DNA of 64,000 nucleotides from Eledone cirrhosa (lineage: Eukaryota). The DNA is taken from assembly GCA_964016885.1 (NCBI GenBank), contig OZ024752.1, positions 1,302,001 to 1,366,000 on the forward strand, read 5' to 3'. Positions within the stretch are counted from its first letter, which is position 1; the number at the start of each line of letters is the position of its first letter. The translations under genes were made by a program, and so were the position numbers. Under the pieces are notes generated by a model. That model was not told the DNA's origin, made no database searches, and worked only from the letters and a program-made list of their open reading frames with translations. Of the stretch, positions 29,266 through 44,416 are shown one piece after another.

Positions 29266-29340
29266 ATTATCATTAAAGGACTTTAACATCTGAAACTACT
29301 TCGCTTTTTCTTATTCTCTCTATATATATATGTATATATA

Positions 29341-29541
29341 GGAACGAGTAGGACCCCGACGGCTGAGCTCAAGCCGTTTCGAAGGCTAATTCTGGACTAA
29401 ATTTAGTCCAGAATTAGCCGTCGAAACGGCTTGAGCTCAGGCGTCGGCGTCCTACTTGTTCCTATTATCCACTCTACTACCCTAAGTATTGACTACTTTG
29501 ATGCGTTATGGTCCACCTGGTTCCTTTCCACATTTCCTTCG

Positions 29542-29545
<4 letters not shown>
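29341..29545. mobile_element. (TA)n-flanked fold-back plus family-B terminal fragment
   Basis: Palindrome at 29341-29464; 3' part shared with 42690-42800 (inverted) and 44620-44698. Confidence 0.75.
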
Positions 29546-29583
<38 letters not shown>

Positions 29584-29811
29584 GATTCCATCCACGAAAT
29601 TCCAATAGGCTTAACGACAACCGCTCCTCAAAGCAGTACATTAAATATAAAACATAGATCCCCGCTCTTACTTTTCAATTATTATTGGAGTAGCATTTAA
29701 GATCTGGCAACTAACCTACCAACGTCCCTAACATCACATTTTATGTAGAATCAATTCTCTGAAATTAAATGCACTTTTTGCTTATATACAAAACTAGTTG
29801 TAAATATTTAC

Positions 29812-29985
29812 TCATTCCACTATATCGAAGATTTTGGGACTCTTGAAAGTCTCTTAAAGTGTATTTACTCGTTCCAACCATCATAATACCATCCTTCAAT
29901 GTTCTAGCATTGATATATCTATTTTTCACAAGTATCTAGAAATTGTAGGTACTACCTGTTTTTCTAAATGTATAAAGAAACGGAT
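29812..29985 (-). pseudogene. Candidate 174-nt exon (phase 1-1) with one in-frame TAG
   Basis: ttttatttttacag|DPFLYTFRKTGSTYNF*ILVKNRYINARTLKDGIMMVGTSKYTLRDFQESQNLRYSGM|gtaaat; TAG at 29938-29936. Confidence 0.5.
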
Positions 29986-30517
29986 CTGTAAAAATAAAAC
30001 AATCTATTTATAAATTACAACCAGTATATTAGTGATGTTTGTATATTAGCAGCTGCCTCGTTCAAAATAAATGCCCTGTCGAACATATTTTGTGTGGCAG
30101 CTAGGAATTTCGGCGACTGTATTTTTGCTATAACATATCAAACATTGTACCAATTCCTTTTAATAATGAAACAATACAAGAAACCTCATTAAACTTTTAT
30201 TTTCATCTATCATTGTATATTATATTTAGGTTGATAGATTTATGTCATCTATATTGAACAAGAAATTAAAATATTTCCAACATTATCTAAAAATAATCAT
30301 CCATTTACATTAAACACCACAGTTATACTGATATTTGAGATGTTCGTTAATGTCTTTCTCAAAGTCGACGTTGAATATAAAATTAATGAACAATAACTGA
30401 TTGAAACTTGACAATAGCATATACTTCCAACATTTAATTTGAACATAATTTTCAAAGAGGAGTATTGAATTCGTTTACAATTCCCGTTTACCTTTTTGTA
30501 TAATGAAACATCTTAAC

Positions 30518-30614
30518 CTATTATGTTGGTAGTAGTATGACATTTAGTATCTTGAACTAGTATCTTGAACGACGTGTGTAAACTCATGTCGATCCAATCG
30601 ACTATATCTCTCTT
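30518..30614 (-). pseudogene. Candidate exon frameshifted by a 13-bp tandem duplication
   Basis: tagtatcttgaac is duplicated at 30545-30570; removing one copy gives an open 84-nt phase 1-1 exon xERYSRLDRHEFTHVVQDTKCHTTTNII|gttaag. Confidence 0.5.
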
Positions 30615-30884
30615 CTGAAAGCACTTGCTTTCTTTCTACTTCATTAATAGTAACAAATCGCAGGGACTTCTTCCTCAGGAAATTTTTAATTAGTTGACAT
30701 TCTGACATAATCGATGCTTGGTTCCATAATTTGACTGCATTAATAAACGTATGGAATTTTAATGACTTTTTCAAAACTTAAAGAAAATACATTTCTTTTC
30801 AAACATTTTCTGAACCGGAAATAACACAAAGGGTGTACATTTTCGAGTAATTTGTTCCATTATTATTTTCATGTATAGAGCGAT

Positions 30885-31110
30885 GAATTGGCATTGGTAT
30901 TTACTTAAGAATATAGATCCTGAGTTCAAATAAGCCGATTTACATTCTGTCTTTCACCATTAGATGAAGGACATTAGATAAAATAAACATCGATTAAGTA
31001 TTTTCTTCGTAATTCCTTCTTTCTGAGGTAGACGAAATATAATACCGGGGTTCATAAAATCGAATTTTCCTTTCCTCCAAATTGCTGGCCTTGTGACAAT
31101 GTTAGAAATA
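30885..31110 (+). mobile_element. Old, degenerate SINE copy
   Basis: tggcattgg..gagttcaaat..aattgctggccttgtg. Confidence 0.6.
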
Positions 31111-32099
31111 CTTATGTCTCGTTCTTCTCAAAAATGTTAATACACCAGAATAATCTGCTATATACCAGAGGAAAATTAAATCGTACATACTGTATCGTTA
31201 AATAATATTATAAAGTATATATTTTATATAAAGGTTCAGAACATTTTCAGTAATTCTGTTAGTGATTATCATGTTCAGTGTACTATTAGTTGATGCAGAC
31301 AATAGGGTCAATCTAACAGTGTCGGTGGAAACAAACACTATTAAAATAATCTACGTATGTCGTTTAACAAAGGTTCGCTGTAAATTTAGTTAAGTAATTC
31401 TAAATCTTGCTTTTTGCTGGGTATTAAAACAATGTCTCTTCTAGATTTCTTAATATAAATGTCTGTGTCGTGAATAATTGAATATAGATATCTAAATTAC
31501 AGATATTTCACTAAAATGATAATGTATATCATAGGATAGTTCACTAAAATATCTTTACATGTACCCAATTTAAAGACCATCGAGGAAACAATCACCATCA
31601 TGTTAAAAATTAATATAGGAATCCAAACGTTTATTGTTTTATAAAATTTGCAGAGATATATTTATATTTTGAAATTCTTTAATAACGATTAGAGAAATGC
31701 GCCAAAGCTGAAAACAAGATAGCACTTCAGGACATGAGAATGTTTATTGTTTTAATTAAATTTGACATCAGTTGAATTGCTTCTATAAATTTTAATTTCT
31801 ATTGAATAATAGTGAATGCTTAAATCAATAAATGTTGCATTAATTTGGAAAATGTTATCAGTTTCTTTGCATTCTATAAATACTTAAAATGTTGTTTTGG
31901 TATTTTACTTAATCTTACAATAATCATCGTCGTTGTCATCCTCATCAACGTCACCGTCCTAATTATCAACGTCGTCATCAACATTATCATAATCATCATA
32001 GTGTATCGTCTACATTTACCAGTTTGATTGTAATGGATTGGCGATCTCAGCTTTACATTGCCATCGTTAAGAACTTGCTTTATATTAAATCTGTCTAAT

Positions 32100-32560
32100 T
32101 CCTGATATTCATTCACATAATACAAGGCTTTCTTCTTCCTCTCTTTCCATTCATATTGCCTTCTATTAACAGTCTCTGCAAATCAACTTTTTTCTAATTA
32201 TTTTTCCAAGCAATTTTACGTTTTCTATTTTTCATGGCATCTAATAATATTTTCTTAGTTTTCTACCATTTTTATGCATCACCATGGTTTCCTCTGCAAC
32301 ATACTCTAAAGTCGTATGTACGTCAGCATGTAGTAATTAGTTGGTACTACGTTTGTTTATGTCCATCTTTATAGTAAAGCTTTAGATACATAACAACTTA
32401 TAACATTTTTCTCTTGATTTCCATATGGAAGCGTCTTGATATTTTGATAATTTTAGAAATTACATTTTAAACTATTCCGATCATTCATTTGATTTCTGCT
32501 CCATTTCCCTTGATTTCTGATTTCATATGTGTTGGGTATATCATAATCGATGTTTGTTCC
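32100..32560 (-). mobile_element. RTE-clade LINE 3' fragment, decayed
   Basis: Minus translation ILLDAMKNRKRK..QRLLIEGNMNGKRGRRKP matches the typical RTE C-terminus. Confidence 0.6.
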
Positions 32561-34190
32561 ATTGTAACATTTTGTTTGAGTGGCTATTTCTTCTTCAGTA
32601 TCATATACAAGATGGCTTCGTACCCACAGCGCCTTGTGTTCTTAAGCAAACACTTTATCAGACGTCGCTCGAGTGCACTCATCTTTCAGAAATGTGTTGC
32701 ATATTTCATTCATAGGGCCACTCATGCGACAAACTGTGTAACACCGAATATCTCTCGACGTAAAGGTACACTTGCCTGTGGAACATTTGCACTTTAATTT
32801 AAAGAGGTGTCCATTCTATTCTAACAACTGGAACACATCTTCGAAATTGACAGTGGGGTTCACCCCCACATTCATTTCCGTTCCATAGATAAATGGCAGT
32901 GTCACTACGTTTTAAGTATTTTAGGACAGAATTATATAAAATATTTTTGTTTTAAAATAATATTTTCTAAGGAATGAAATTGATTCTCATATGTATAAGA
33001 TACATTATGCAAAGTAATGCTGCAGTATTTAGAATCAATATTGCAATTAATTTTATTTTAATGTAATGATGCACTGCAGAGTAACATAGCTGCACTATGC
33101 ACGACGAAAGTCTGCCTCGAATATAAATATTTGTTGATACTTTATTAAGACCAAGCTAGAGTTGTAAATTGCAAAACGTGTGCTGAAGCATCGCTACTCC
33201 AACGTTCGCGCCCAAATGTTGTGGATGAGCGTTCTCTGGCTGCAAGGCCACATTACCTGACCACTTCGTTATCTCAACTGAGATAACTTCTCTCGGAGGA
33301 TGGTGATGGGGATGCGTTCGAATGGCCATTTAATGCCCCGAGTCTAACTACAGCGGATGGCCAACACTGCTCCGATAGTAGGGAAGAAAGCAGTTTGTCT
33401 GGGGGACCAATAACGACAGGAATATATCTATTGCTAGAGAGTCAACGACAAATTTATCGCAAAGCAGCCAATACTTAGACAATGGCATGTCAGGCTTTAG
33501 TGCTCTACAGAACAAATATGAACTTTATAAGATAACAATACGCAATCCCGGAAAATAACGTTAGTGTGTTTGTCAACGACGGAAATTCATTTAAAAGATG
33601 AAAGTTTCTTAAAATATTCAACAATAAACGTAACTGATGAATGCTTCTTTTTTCGAATATACAGCTATGTCAGTTTCTAATCTTGAAAGAGTTATATTAC
33701 ATAATACAGAAAGTAATATATTTTCTTATTTAGTAGATCTTCCTTTCTGTATCCGCAATAATAACATAAGAAATGAAAACATAATTGAAAACTTGCTGGT
33801 AAAATATTCACATATACATGTCAGATTTTGCAGTTGAAATGCATAACGTGTTCTTTCAGTGAAACATATTAAATCATAGAAATACTAATTATCTCTACAT
33901 TATATCTTAAACGTCATATAATTGAAATATAGGAAATCATGTTACTTTCAAATATAAGACCCACTTAACTCATTATTTGACAACGGATTTATATCAATTT
34001 TCTCTAAAGTGTACTTCTACTTTATAACTAGACTAGAGTGGGTCGGCGTACAATCTAAAATTTAGTTATTCAAATTTTAAAAGATATTACATCTGTACTC
34101 TGTCCGAGTGAAAATTCGCTATGCTATATCTCTAGTTATATTATATCAGATAGAAATATTTGATAACATAGATTAACGACGTGCACTTAC

Positions 34191-34234
34191 AAACAGTTCC
34201 AACCATGTTCCATTCATAATATTTCCCTGGCAAT
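34191..34234 (-). pseudogene. Candidate 44-nt exon
   Basis: Strong ttttctcag acceptor and gtaagt donor; open in phase 1 (CQGNIMNGTWLELF) or phase 2. Confidence 0.4.
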
Positions 34235-34957
34235 CTGAGAAAATCAATTATTTACAATGTTAATTATGTTAACTGTACACGTAATCATATTTCTAATCTA
34301 AATTTTGAAATCTTATATATAAGCACTTTGAAAATATATAATAACACAAATGTGAATTGCTGAATTTGATCTACGAATTGAAAGTAGCAGAATTAATTGC
34401 TAGGTAGGATTTATTGACAATTTTTCTATGGGTTCAGTTTGTTCATTAACGTATAAAGATCAGGTTCTCTCCTTCAGAATTCATCTCCTTCTATTTCGTC
34501 ATTGTCAATTTCAGTTTCGTGGTTACTATGATGTTGGTTTTTTTCTCTTATGAAGTGTGAGGTTTTGGAAATGAATTGTAAAGTTATGTAAGCATTTTAA
34601 AGCCTTGCAAATGATTACAAGTTTGTATAAAATAACGTATCGTCTCCCACACCACTATAAATACGCATACATTTCAAATTACATACTTTATCATAATGAA
34701 AACGACAACGCAAAGACGAATATCAACGATTTAAACTTTCTTTCATTATTCACATTTCTTAATTATTATAATCTTAAATAACACTGGACAATCATCTTCA
34801 GTAATCACATTTAGACCGGGTGAATTGAAATTGTATAAACTGTAATCAATATTGTCCTTGTATCAGCATCAAATTTGAACTCACAATCCATATCTAAATC
34901 TCCAATATACACAGCAATTATTATATGTATATACTAGTCACAACGGTTGGCACTTAC

Positions 34958-35125
34958 ATGACTCCACGACTTTACATTAAATATTTACAACATAATATGT
35001 ATCTGGAATTGGTGGCTTGTTGTCCAGTAGAGAAGGCATTGTATTGTGGTTTACGTCAAATATGTGACATAAATACGAATATATTTGACCCGTCTTGTAT
35101 TGTTGTTCGTCAAAATAATTGGGAC
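34958..35125 (-). pseudogene. Candidate 168-nt exon (phase 1-1) with one in-frame TAA
   Basis: cattttag|xPNYFDEQQYKTGQIYSYLCHIFDVNHNTMPSLLDNKPPIPDTYYVVNI*CKVVES|gtaagt. Confidence 0.5.
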
Positions 35126-35507
35126 CTAAAATGTACCACAATTTCCTATTGTTTTTATCCCGTACGCATTCGATGAACGAAATGTCACGTCTCATTCATT
35201 CAATAACATCTTGAGTCAGCAACTCGAACAAAGTGAATTATAATATTTCGATTCTAAATAAGGAATAATGTAATAGAGCATGTTTATGGATTCTTCTGAT
35301 TGGAGAAAATATTCTAATTTTTAACCCTAGACGTAAAATAATTAATGAAGACTTAAAATAGCACTCAACAGCATTGTGATTCATTCCCTTGATTTCCAGA
35401 ATAAATTTCACAGATGAATAAAAATGAATAGAAAAAATTAGTCGCAAACTTTATTTATTATATTTACTAACAGGTCAATAACGCAATTAAACTGCAGCTA
35501 CTCTTAC

Positions 35508-35563
35508 ATGTCGAAATAAAAGTTATCTCCAACAAGATGTCATTTGTCTCTTCGTAGACAGAT
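35508..35563 (-). pseudogene. Candidate exon (phase 2-1)
   Basis: attattttcag|SVYEETNDILLEITFIST|gtaaga; phase matches the exon starting at 35125. Confidence 0.45.
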
Positions 35564-35905
35564 CTGAAAATAATATCCCCAATCTTCATTAAAAATGGAA
35601 ATAAATATTGGACTAATCATGTCTTAGAAAATTAAAACCACAATATGATATTTAAAAACTGTGTGCTAAAAGATTTATCATGAAATATGTTTGACTTAAA
35701 TGTTTCGTCTGTGTTTGAAATATTGATAATAATCCCGGAAAGATGTTTCATCTGCCAAGAAAACTGTTTATCGCTTTACATTCATGTGAATATTGTCACA
35801 TACACATATAAAAACACACAGTATATACATGCATATATATACATATATATATACCAAATATATATATATATATTGATGCAATAATTGCTTATAGTAATAC
35901 ACACT

Positions 35906-35973
<68 letters not shown>

Positions 35974-36665
35974 ATCATATGTATGTATGTGTGTTTGGGT
36001 GTATATATGTGTATATATATTGCTATGTCAAAAGAGATAATTTAAGTAGATTTAGAATTAAAATATATTGCCTCTAGTCCAATATGCTATTTGGAAGAAA
36101 ATACATATGTTACATTGATTTATAGATTTAAGATGTAGACAAAATTCCAATAAAGCTGGAATGTGCTACATCTATTTCCGATTTTTGCAAAAGAGAAAAA
36201 ACAGAATTTTATAGACATTCACAAAATAATACAAAATACAAAAAAAATGTCTCCTTCCACGAAGAAAAGATTTTGAAAAGCTACCTAATATTACATCGAT
36301 TGCTATTATTAAGAACCGATTAAATTTTGCTGGAAATATATGGAATCTTTTAATTGTTTTGTTTAAATTTATTTCTATCTTATCTATTATGGAACATCAA
36401 CGTTGTTAAAAATAATATAAAATTACTGAAAATAAAACATTCTTCAGAAAAAAATAATAGCTTGACGCACACGAAAACACACACTAACGCAAACCCATGC
36501 ACATTTATAATATATATATATATATATACGTATATATATGTATATATATATATATATACATACATATATATACGTATATATATATGAATATACGTTATTC
36601 CGGGTTGAATCGGAGGTAACCACAGTAAGTAAGGTACTCAATACATAGCAGAGTATAACAGTTTT

Positions 36666-36780
36666 AATATAGAAGAGATTCTACAGGACTAGAACTGTTT
36701 CATTCATTAGAAATCATCAGGATCCTGATGATTTCTAATGAATGAAACAGTTCTAGTCCTGTAGAATCTCTTCTATATAT
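36666..36780. repeat. Perfect palindrome of hammerhead-like halves
   Basis: Centred on GGATCC; each arm reads CTGATGA-TTTCtaatGAAT-GAAA-CAGTTCTAG-TC; the 5' strand of stem I is missing. Confidence 0.8.
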
Positions 36781-37705
36781 ATGAATATATATATATAGAG
36801 AGAGAGACATAGATACATACATATGTATATATATGTATGCATATAGGCATGTATAAATGTAAGTATATATATATATATGTATATGTATGTTTGTATGCAT
36901 GCATATATAAATGTATATCCGTATGGGGGGTGATGGCTGAGAGAAAACAGTACTCAATACCGAAGTAGAGAATATATACTAATAATGATAAGAATAAGTG
37001 CTATCATTCTGTTTAGAAATATGCCCATAAATGGCTGCACACGAAAACAGCGTGTGGGTTTATGGAAACGTGTAACAATGAGAAATAACAAAAACTAACA
37101 GCAACATTATTAAAATATAACTCAAAACGTAGAATTGTCTGCAAGTGTGAAACATGTGTATGTAACATTAACAAAAAAATGAATAACAAAAATAAGACAT
37201 GGACAACCTAAGCCATATGCTTTCTCAGACTTGTCCTTCACCAATATTTATGTGCATCCTCAGAGCAAGGCAGCACTCTGACCTATCCATCAACAAATTG
37301 ACGGGAAGATCGCACACATCCGTCTACCCCGTTCTACATTAAACTTCGTTTTCACATGGCAAATGTCTTTCTTCATCCCTTTCAAACTTGTCTATTACAC
37401 AACCAGTGTCTCCAAGTCTTATTTGCAGATAACAACCACTTACCTTCACGGCCAATGCAATCCAGCGTCGTGGTTTTCCAGAATGGATGCATCTGTTATA
37501 TGGATTCGGCATAAGTGGTATCGCAACTGGTTAACATTTTCGTTGCCATGTGCTCTGTTTTAGGCTTCTCCTGATCCAGAAATGAAGTGCTATCAGAACG
37601 ATCACTCGAAGAAAGACACACTTTTCAAAGGGCCATGACACCTGTTCACAGTCAGGAAAACACTTTAGATATCATGTCGCATTCTCAGTGTGTATCTGCG
37701 CATCA

Positions 37706-37892
37706 GGGCGGTGGATTGGCAGTATCGGTAGAGGGTCAGACGCCATGTTTTGCAGCAAAGAGTTACGGCCCTATACGGTCAGAGTTCAAATCTCGCCGAG
37801 GTTAACTTTGCCTTTCATCCTTACGGGGGCGATAAGATAAAGCGCCAGTAATGCACTGGAATAATTGCTGGCCTTGTGCCAAAATTAGAAAC
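37706..37892 (+). mobile_element. tRNA-derived SINE
   Basis: Family homology. Confidence 0.85.
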
Positions 37893-40535
37893 ACCTAATG
37901 AGCTCCAGTCGGGCATGACCCGAACGGAGTCAAGACACGATGATCAAGCGGTAATAGATTACGGTGGAGATGTAGACGGTCACTATTTTTGCTGAATGTT
38001 TCAGGGATATCTTCCACATCCTTCTTGACGACTGACACAGCTCAACATTTCTAGGTCCTGCAGTAGCGGTTCTGTAATCTATCCATACAGAAGACCGTGG
38101 GTATGATACTGAAAATATCCTGTAGGTGACCATTCACTCTGACCACAGATCATGCGTCACATTATAATTCGGTGATCCAAGCTCTGAAGACGACAGACAA
38201 ATCAGCTGCGTTATGAACTGCTGGCAAATATTCAAATTCGTCTCTATCTAATACATTGATCAGAGCCCCATGCATTCCGGGTTATTTATCTAACTTCTAT
38301 ATGATGTATTACATGAGGTGAAGGTTGTCTTTGATGCATCTGTTTGAGATTTGCGACACCCATACAAGCCTAGCGATTTCAAGCGCCAATAATTCTGCTA
38401 ACTCTTTCCTCCAAACACCTCAACATTTAGCAGAATTATGGAACTAAAATTATTGATGTTGTTCAATCCAACCTGCTGTAAGTTGCGATAATCATCTGGC
38501 GAGAAGTCACTGCAGAAATCCAGCATATAATAATAAACCTGGTATGTGTGTTGGCAAGGTAAATGTTTGTTTAATACAGTCGCAGTGCTTTACGTTTGAA
38601 ATACGATTGCAGCTACTTTATCGTTGGGTGTATCATCCTCTAGTTTGGATAATATTCCCTACTCTCTTTACTAATATATGTAATAAATGTTGTACAGTCT
38701 CTTTCCAGATGGCTATATAAATAGGAAACAATTTATGTTAACTAGAGTGTCGTAACGTTGGTGAGGAACAGTTAGAATATTGCAGTGATCAATTTCAGTT
38801 CCAGCCCGTAACTACAATTCTTGAACCTAACCCAGGTTTAAGTTTAGGAAATGTTGTTCAGATAAAAATGTTGTCGCTATCATCGTTAATATAGTTGGGA
38901 GATGCGCAGACATTTGGTGGGTATGCATGCGGAAATCTAATTAAATAAATATAGAATTATGTGAAATGCGTTACGACAAGAAAAATAAAGAATATAATGC
39001 TGACTCAGATAATGTTAGGACTCTATCTCTTATCGCTATGTGTTTATTGATTAAATGAATAACTAATTAAACAGATAATTACGTAACTAATGACAAAATA
39101 AATAACGGAATAGTTGAAATAGGTAGAGAGTTGAGTAAATAATTAATAATATAATTAAATAATTAATTAATTACTAGATAAATGATTAATTGATTAACAA
39201 ATAAAAGGGTTCATAAAGGTTGATAAATTATACGGCTTAAGATATGTGAGGGGTTTACGTAGTGTCAAGCGATATTGAATTACGCAGAGGGTTAGATAGT
39301 ACAGAATTTAGATTTGCAATCATATTGCAGTTCATAACAGATAAAATCATCGACATTTGTGATTTACGCGTGGTGTACATATAAGAGAGGATAACAAAAT
39401 TAAAACATTGGAGGCTATTGGTACAGTAGGGAGAGACGTGTAAATTGATACATCATCGTGTATGTACTGCGCTTCAAATGAACACTGAAGACACCAGTTT
39501 AATAGTTTGTATTAGAAAATATGCGTACATAACAGTGCGTGGCAGCCTCAATTTTCGGATCCATTACGAGTGTTGATTGAACATTCGTTTCCTGAAAAAA
39601 TTATGTTTGAGCTATATAAGCTATATACAATTATAAATGTTAGGATTTCATTTGCCCTCACTCACTAGAAATAGGAGCATTTATAATTGTATAGGGCTTA
39701 GTTGAATGTCGGTGTACAGAGCATAGTTGAATGGCAATGCACATATATTTTACCTGTTTAGACCAAATATTGTATCTGCGATGGGTACTTTTTCCAAGTG
39801 CACATCGTGAGTTTTAGAATAAGTCGACTTAAATTACTACTTCAAACATATATTATATATCGGCTGGGCTTGTATTAGGGAACATATCAGCACCGTCATC
39901 TCTTTTTTAGTTGTTTTAGTATATATTTTCAAGTTATATAATGTTAAAAAAAAACTTTCAATATTCTGCACCATCATAAGACACATAGTATCTCTGGTAA
40001 GCAAGTTATATATTCTGTGTAGTTCCATATGTATCGTATAGCATGAAACATTTTTCCCCGAGTTCAATTTTAAGCAGATGTCTGTGTAACGGATTTTAGG
40101 TACATTTAGGAGAATGCATCTAGGGGCACTTAAATAGATCTCATTAACAATTAGATTCGATCCACAGCTGAACTTATCTTTATATCGACAAAGATTTGTT
40201 GCTGCTGGTGTTATTGGTGCCACAGTTGTTGTCCATTGTTGGTGTCGTTGTTGTACATATACATATTAGTGGCATGCTTCTATAATCACCGCTCTGAATT
40301 TCTACGTATTGTCTCATTTTGCAGAATATTATTTTATTACATATATATATACACACATAAGAAAATAGCTGAAAACATCAAAAACAATTAGAATCCGTTC
40401 GTTATGCTTGCACGCATTTGTCGGAACATAAATGACATTAACAGTATCCTTAAGTTTTATATAAGATACATTTAGATCAAAATTGTCTAGGAATTGTTTT
40501 TATAATCGTACATACTCACACAAATACAGACACAT

Positions 40536-40636
<101 letters not shown>

Positions 40637-41475
40637 ACACACACACATATATATATATATATGTATGTATATATATATATGTATGTATATATATATATAT
40701 ATATACACATGTTTATATATAATATATATATATGTATATATAATATATATATCTATATATATATATATGTATATATATATATGTATATATAATATATATA
40801 TATATGTATATATATATATGTATATATAATATATATATATATATATGTATATATATATGTCTATATAATATATATATAGTGGGAGAGATGACCCCTTAGC
40901 CTTTGTCAAGGCAGAATCCTAGGAGAAGGAAAACTCTGATATAACACCTGCAACCCTGATGGTATCCAATGATGTTGACTTGTTCTTCTTTTTGGTAAAT
41001 ATCATCTTGGTTAAGAGAGTGGGACTGGCTTTGTGCAGTGCCTTTGCTCACTATAAAAGCTTCACGGCACAGGCATTGCTTTGTATCTGGAGATCTCTCT
41101 GCACTTGTCGTCACATGGTACCATGGGCCTAGCACTGTGTCAATAATTGTCACAAGTGTGGTGTTTGTACCAGAGTTTTCAAGTCACTGGCTGGACTAAA
41201 AAGTCACACTCGTTCAGCGCATCGGTAGGGGTTCTCCTACATGGATATAAAGTAGTGGCCGTACTCGAAAACGAGTTGGCAGCCACCATGTATATATATA
41301 TGTATGTATATATACATGTATATATAGATGTATGTATATATATGTATGTATATATATGTATATATAATATATATATATATATATATGTATATATATTTAT
41401 ATATATATACATATATATATATTTATATATATATATATGTGTGTATATATATGTACGTATATATGTATGTATGTA

Positions 41476-41556
<81 letters not shown>

Positions 41557-41902
41557 ATATATATGTATATATATTTATATATATATTTATTGGTAGGTGA
41601 AGAAAAGAAAATGAGAATAAATGTCAAAGTATTTATCTAGTTTTCAAAGTGCAGAAGACAATGCTTAACTAGTTTGCAAACTTAGCGACACTCGGTAATA
41701 AATCAAGGTTGTTAGGATTTATGACTATATTTTCAAGAGCTCTTTCCTATTTCAGATTTCCAAATGATCGAACTATGATCGTATCCAGATGCTTGACAGT
41801 GAAATATTGCGTAGTTGAAATAGACACACACACCCACCAAACCACACCAATACACACATATAAATGCACATAAGTGGTTACAGAACAGTTAGTTCACCAT
41901 AC

Positions 41903-41940
41903 CGAGGACACTTGTTTCACCTTAGCGGATCCTCAGCTCG
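41903..41940 (-). ncRNA. Minimal hammerhead, core intact
   Basis: CGAG-CTGAGGA-TCCgctaaGGT-GAAA-CAAGTG-TC-CTCG. Confidence 0.65.
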
Positions 41941-41992
41941 TCCCATGGACTGAGTGCTCTACCACTATGGATATTACCTTCCAGTGTTCTAC

Positions 41993-42056
<64 letters not shown>

Positions 42057-42651
42057 AATCAATATATATATCTTTAAACAAGTATAGATACATATAAAGA
42101 AGCCCAACCGATACTAAATTTTGCTCTATGTACGAAATACAAAATATCAACCCATTCAGAGCAGAAAAAAATATATATCTGGGAAAAGCAAACAAGATAA
42201 ACAAAAAAATAGTTTTACTTACTTACTGTGATGTCCCTATATGTATCTGTACTTGTGTAAAGATATATGCTTCTTAATTTAATATACACCTCTATGGTGG
42301 ATTGAGAATTTGGTCGAATGGGACTGCTCTTTCTAGCTGCACGCAAACGGCCAATGTCCACTCTACAACCCTCCTTGATCGCCAGTTGATCGCCAGTCAC
42401 GTGACATTTCTTCTATTTGAAATTTACACTGATGGCGAACAAGGAAGAATTTTTCTGTCTTGATTTTCTTTTATGATTTGAGATTTCTCGCCATACTCTG
42501 AGTATTGTTATTTTCTCTAAGAAACGGCAGTAGGGACATTAAAGTAAGTAGCAAAGAATTTTATATTATAAATAAATAAATAAATATATATATATATATA
42601 TAATATATATATATATAATATATATATCTATAATATATATATATATAATAT

Positions 42652-42689
<38 letters not shown>

Positions 42690-42799
42690 ATAACGAAGGA
42701 AATGTGGTAAGGAACCAGGTGGACCATAACGCACCAAAGTACTCAATATTTAGGGTAGTAGAGTGGGTAATAGGAACAAGTAAGACCCTTACTTGTTCC

Positions 42800-42950
<151 letters not shown>

Positions 42951-42988
42951 ATATATATATATATTATATATATAATATATATATATAT

Positions 42989-43072
<84 letters not shown>

Positions 43073-43103
43073 ATATATATATATATATATAATATATATA
43101 TAC

Positions 43104-43181
<78 letters not shown>

Positions 43182-43235
43182 ATATATTATATATATAATA
43201 TATATATATATTATATATATAATATATATATATAT

Positions 43236-43362
<127 letters not shown>

Positions 43363-43508
43363 ATATATATATATATATATGAGTAAGTATGTTTTGAAAC
43401 AGTGAGCAGGTTTGAAATTAGAAAATAGAATAGCTTTCACCGTATTTTTGACTAAATAAATTTTAGCCGGGTTCAGATAAATGGAAAAAGATGAGTATTG
43501 ATGTACAT

Positions 43509-43568
<60 letters not shown>

Positions 43569-43632
43569 ACATATCCCATGTACATCAATACTCATCTTTT
43601 TCCATTTATCTGAACCCCATTATCAGGCTAAA

Positions 43633-43729
<97 letters not shown>

Positions 43730-43865
43730 ATAATATATATTTGTGGTAATGTTGCTTGGATGCTTCCATGGGCTGTATGCTGTTTGAGCACTCTATGCCC
43801 CACCGGGGCTGAGTATAATAATATAGAAAACGAAGAATCAGTGATGCATCGAAACACAATTTATT

Positions 43866-43960
43866 AACATATTACAATTGTTTCTCCGGCGAACAATTCG
43901 AGGTGCGATCTGTTTGTGGATCGAACCTGACTCTGGATTCGCAAGTTCCTCAGATACGTC
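43866..43960 (-). ncRNA. Hammerhead with an extended stem II
   Basis: GACGTAT-CTGAGGA-about 60-nt stem II (GCGAA/TTCGC, AGGTTCGATC/GATCGCACCT)-GAAA-CAATTG-TA-ATATGTT. Confidence 0.7.
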
Positions 43961-44416
43961 TAGCGACTTCGAGGAAAATCCTCAGTCTTTTGGACTCCGA
44001 CCCTTAGAATTTCTATCATCTGCCATCATCCTGTTTGCGCGGCCGATCGATTGGTCAAGAGTTCGAGAGGTCAGCTGTATGTTTGACCATTCCACACTGC
44101 CCACTGACCATTCGCATTCAGGCGTGAGCTGTCTCTCACCCTAATTCTGTCGCCAGAATTACTGCTACATGGACATGGGGTTCTGATCTGCCTTGCCTCT
44201 CCCTAGCTTGCCCGTAGCCCGACACACACACACCCACACACACGTTTGCTCACACATAGACAGACATTCCGAGCTCCTGATCACACTCTTATCTGTGCAG
44301 ACATACACACACACACACCCGCGCGTACGCTCACGCGTGTTCTCACACACTTACACATTCATAAAACTATATATTCTGACTCCTTTGAAGTCCAGCAGTC
44401 GCAAGCGGTGGGATGG

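Noticed and set aside
34754-34839. Open phase 2-1 exon LYNFNSPGLNVITEDDCPVLFKIIIIKK
   Set aside because: Its phase is incompatible with the upstream candidate exon; left unresolved
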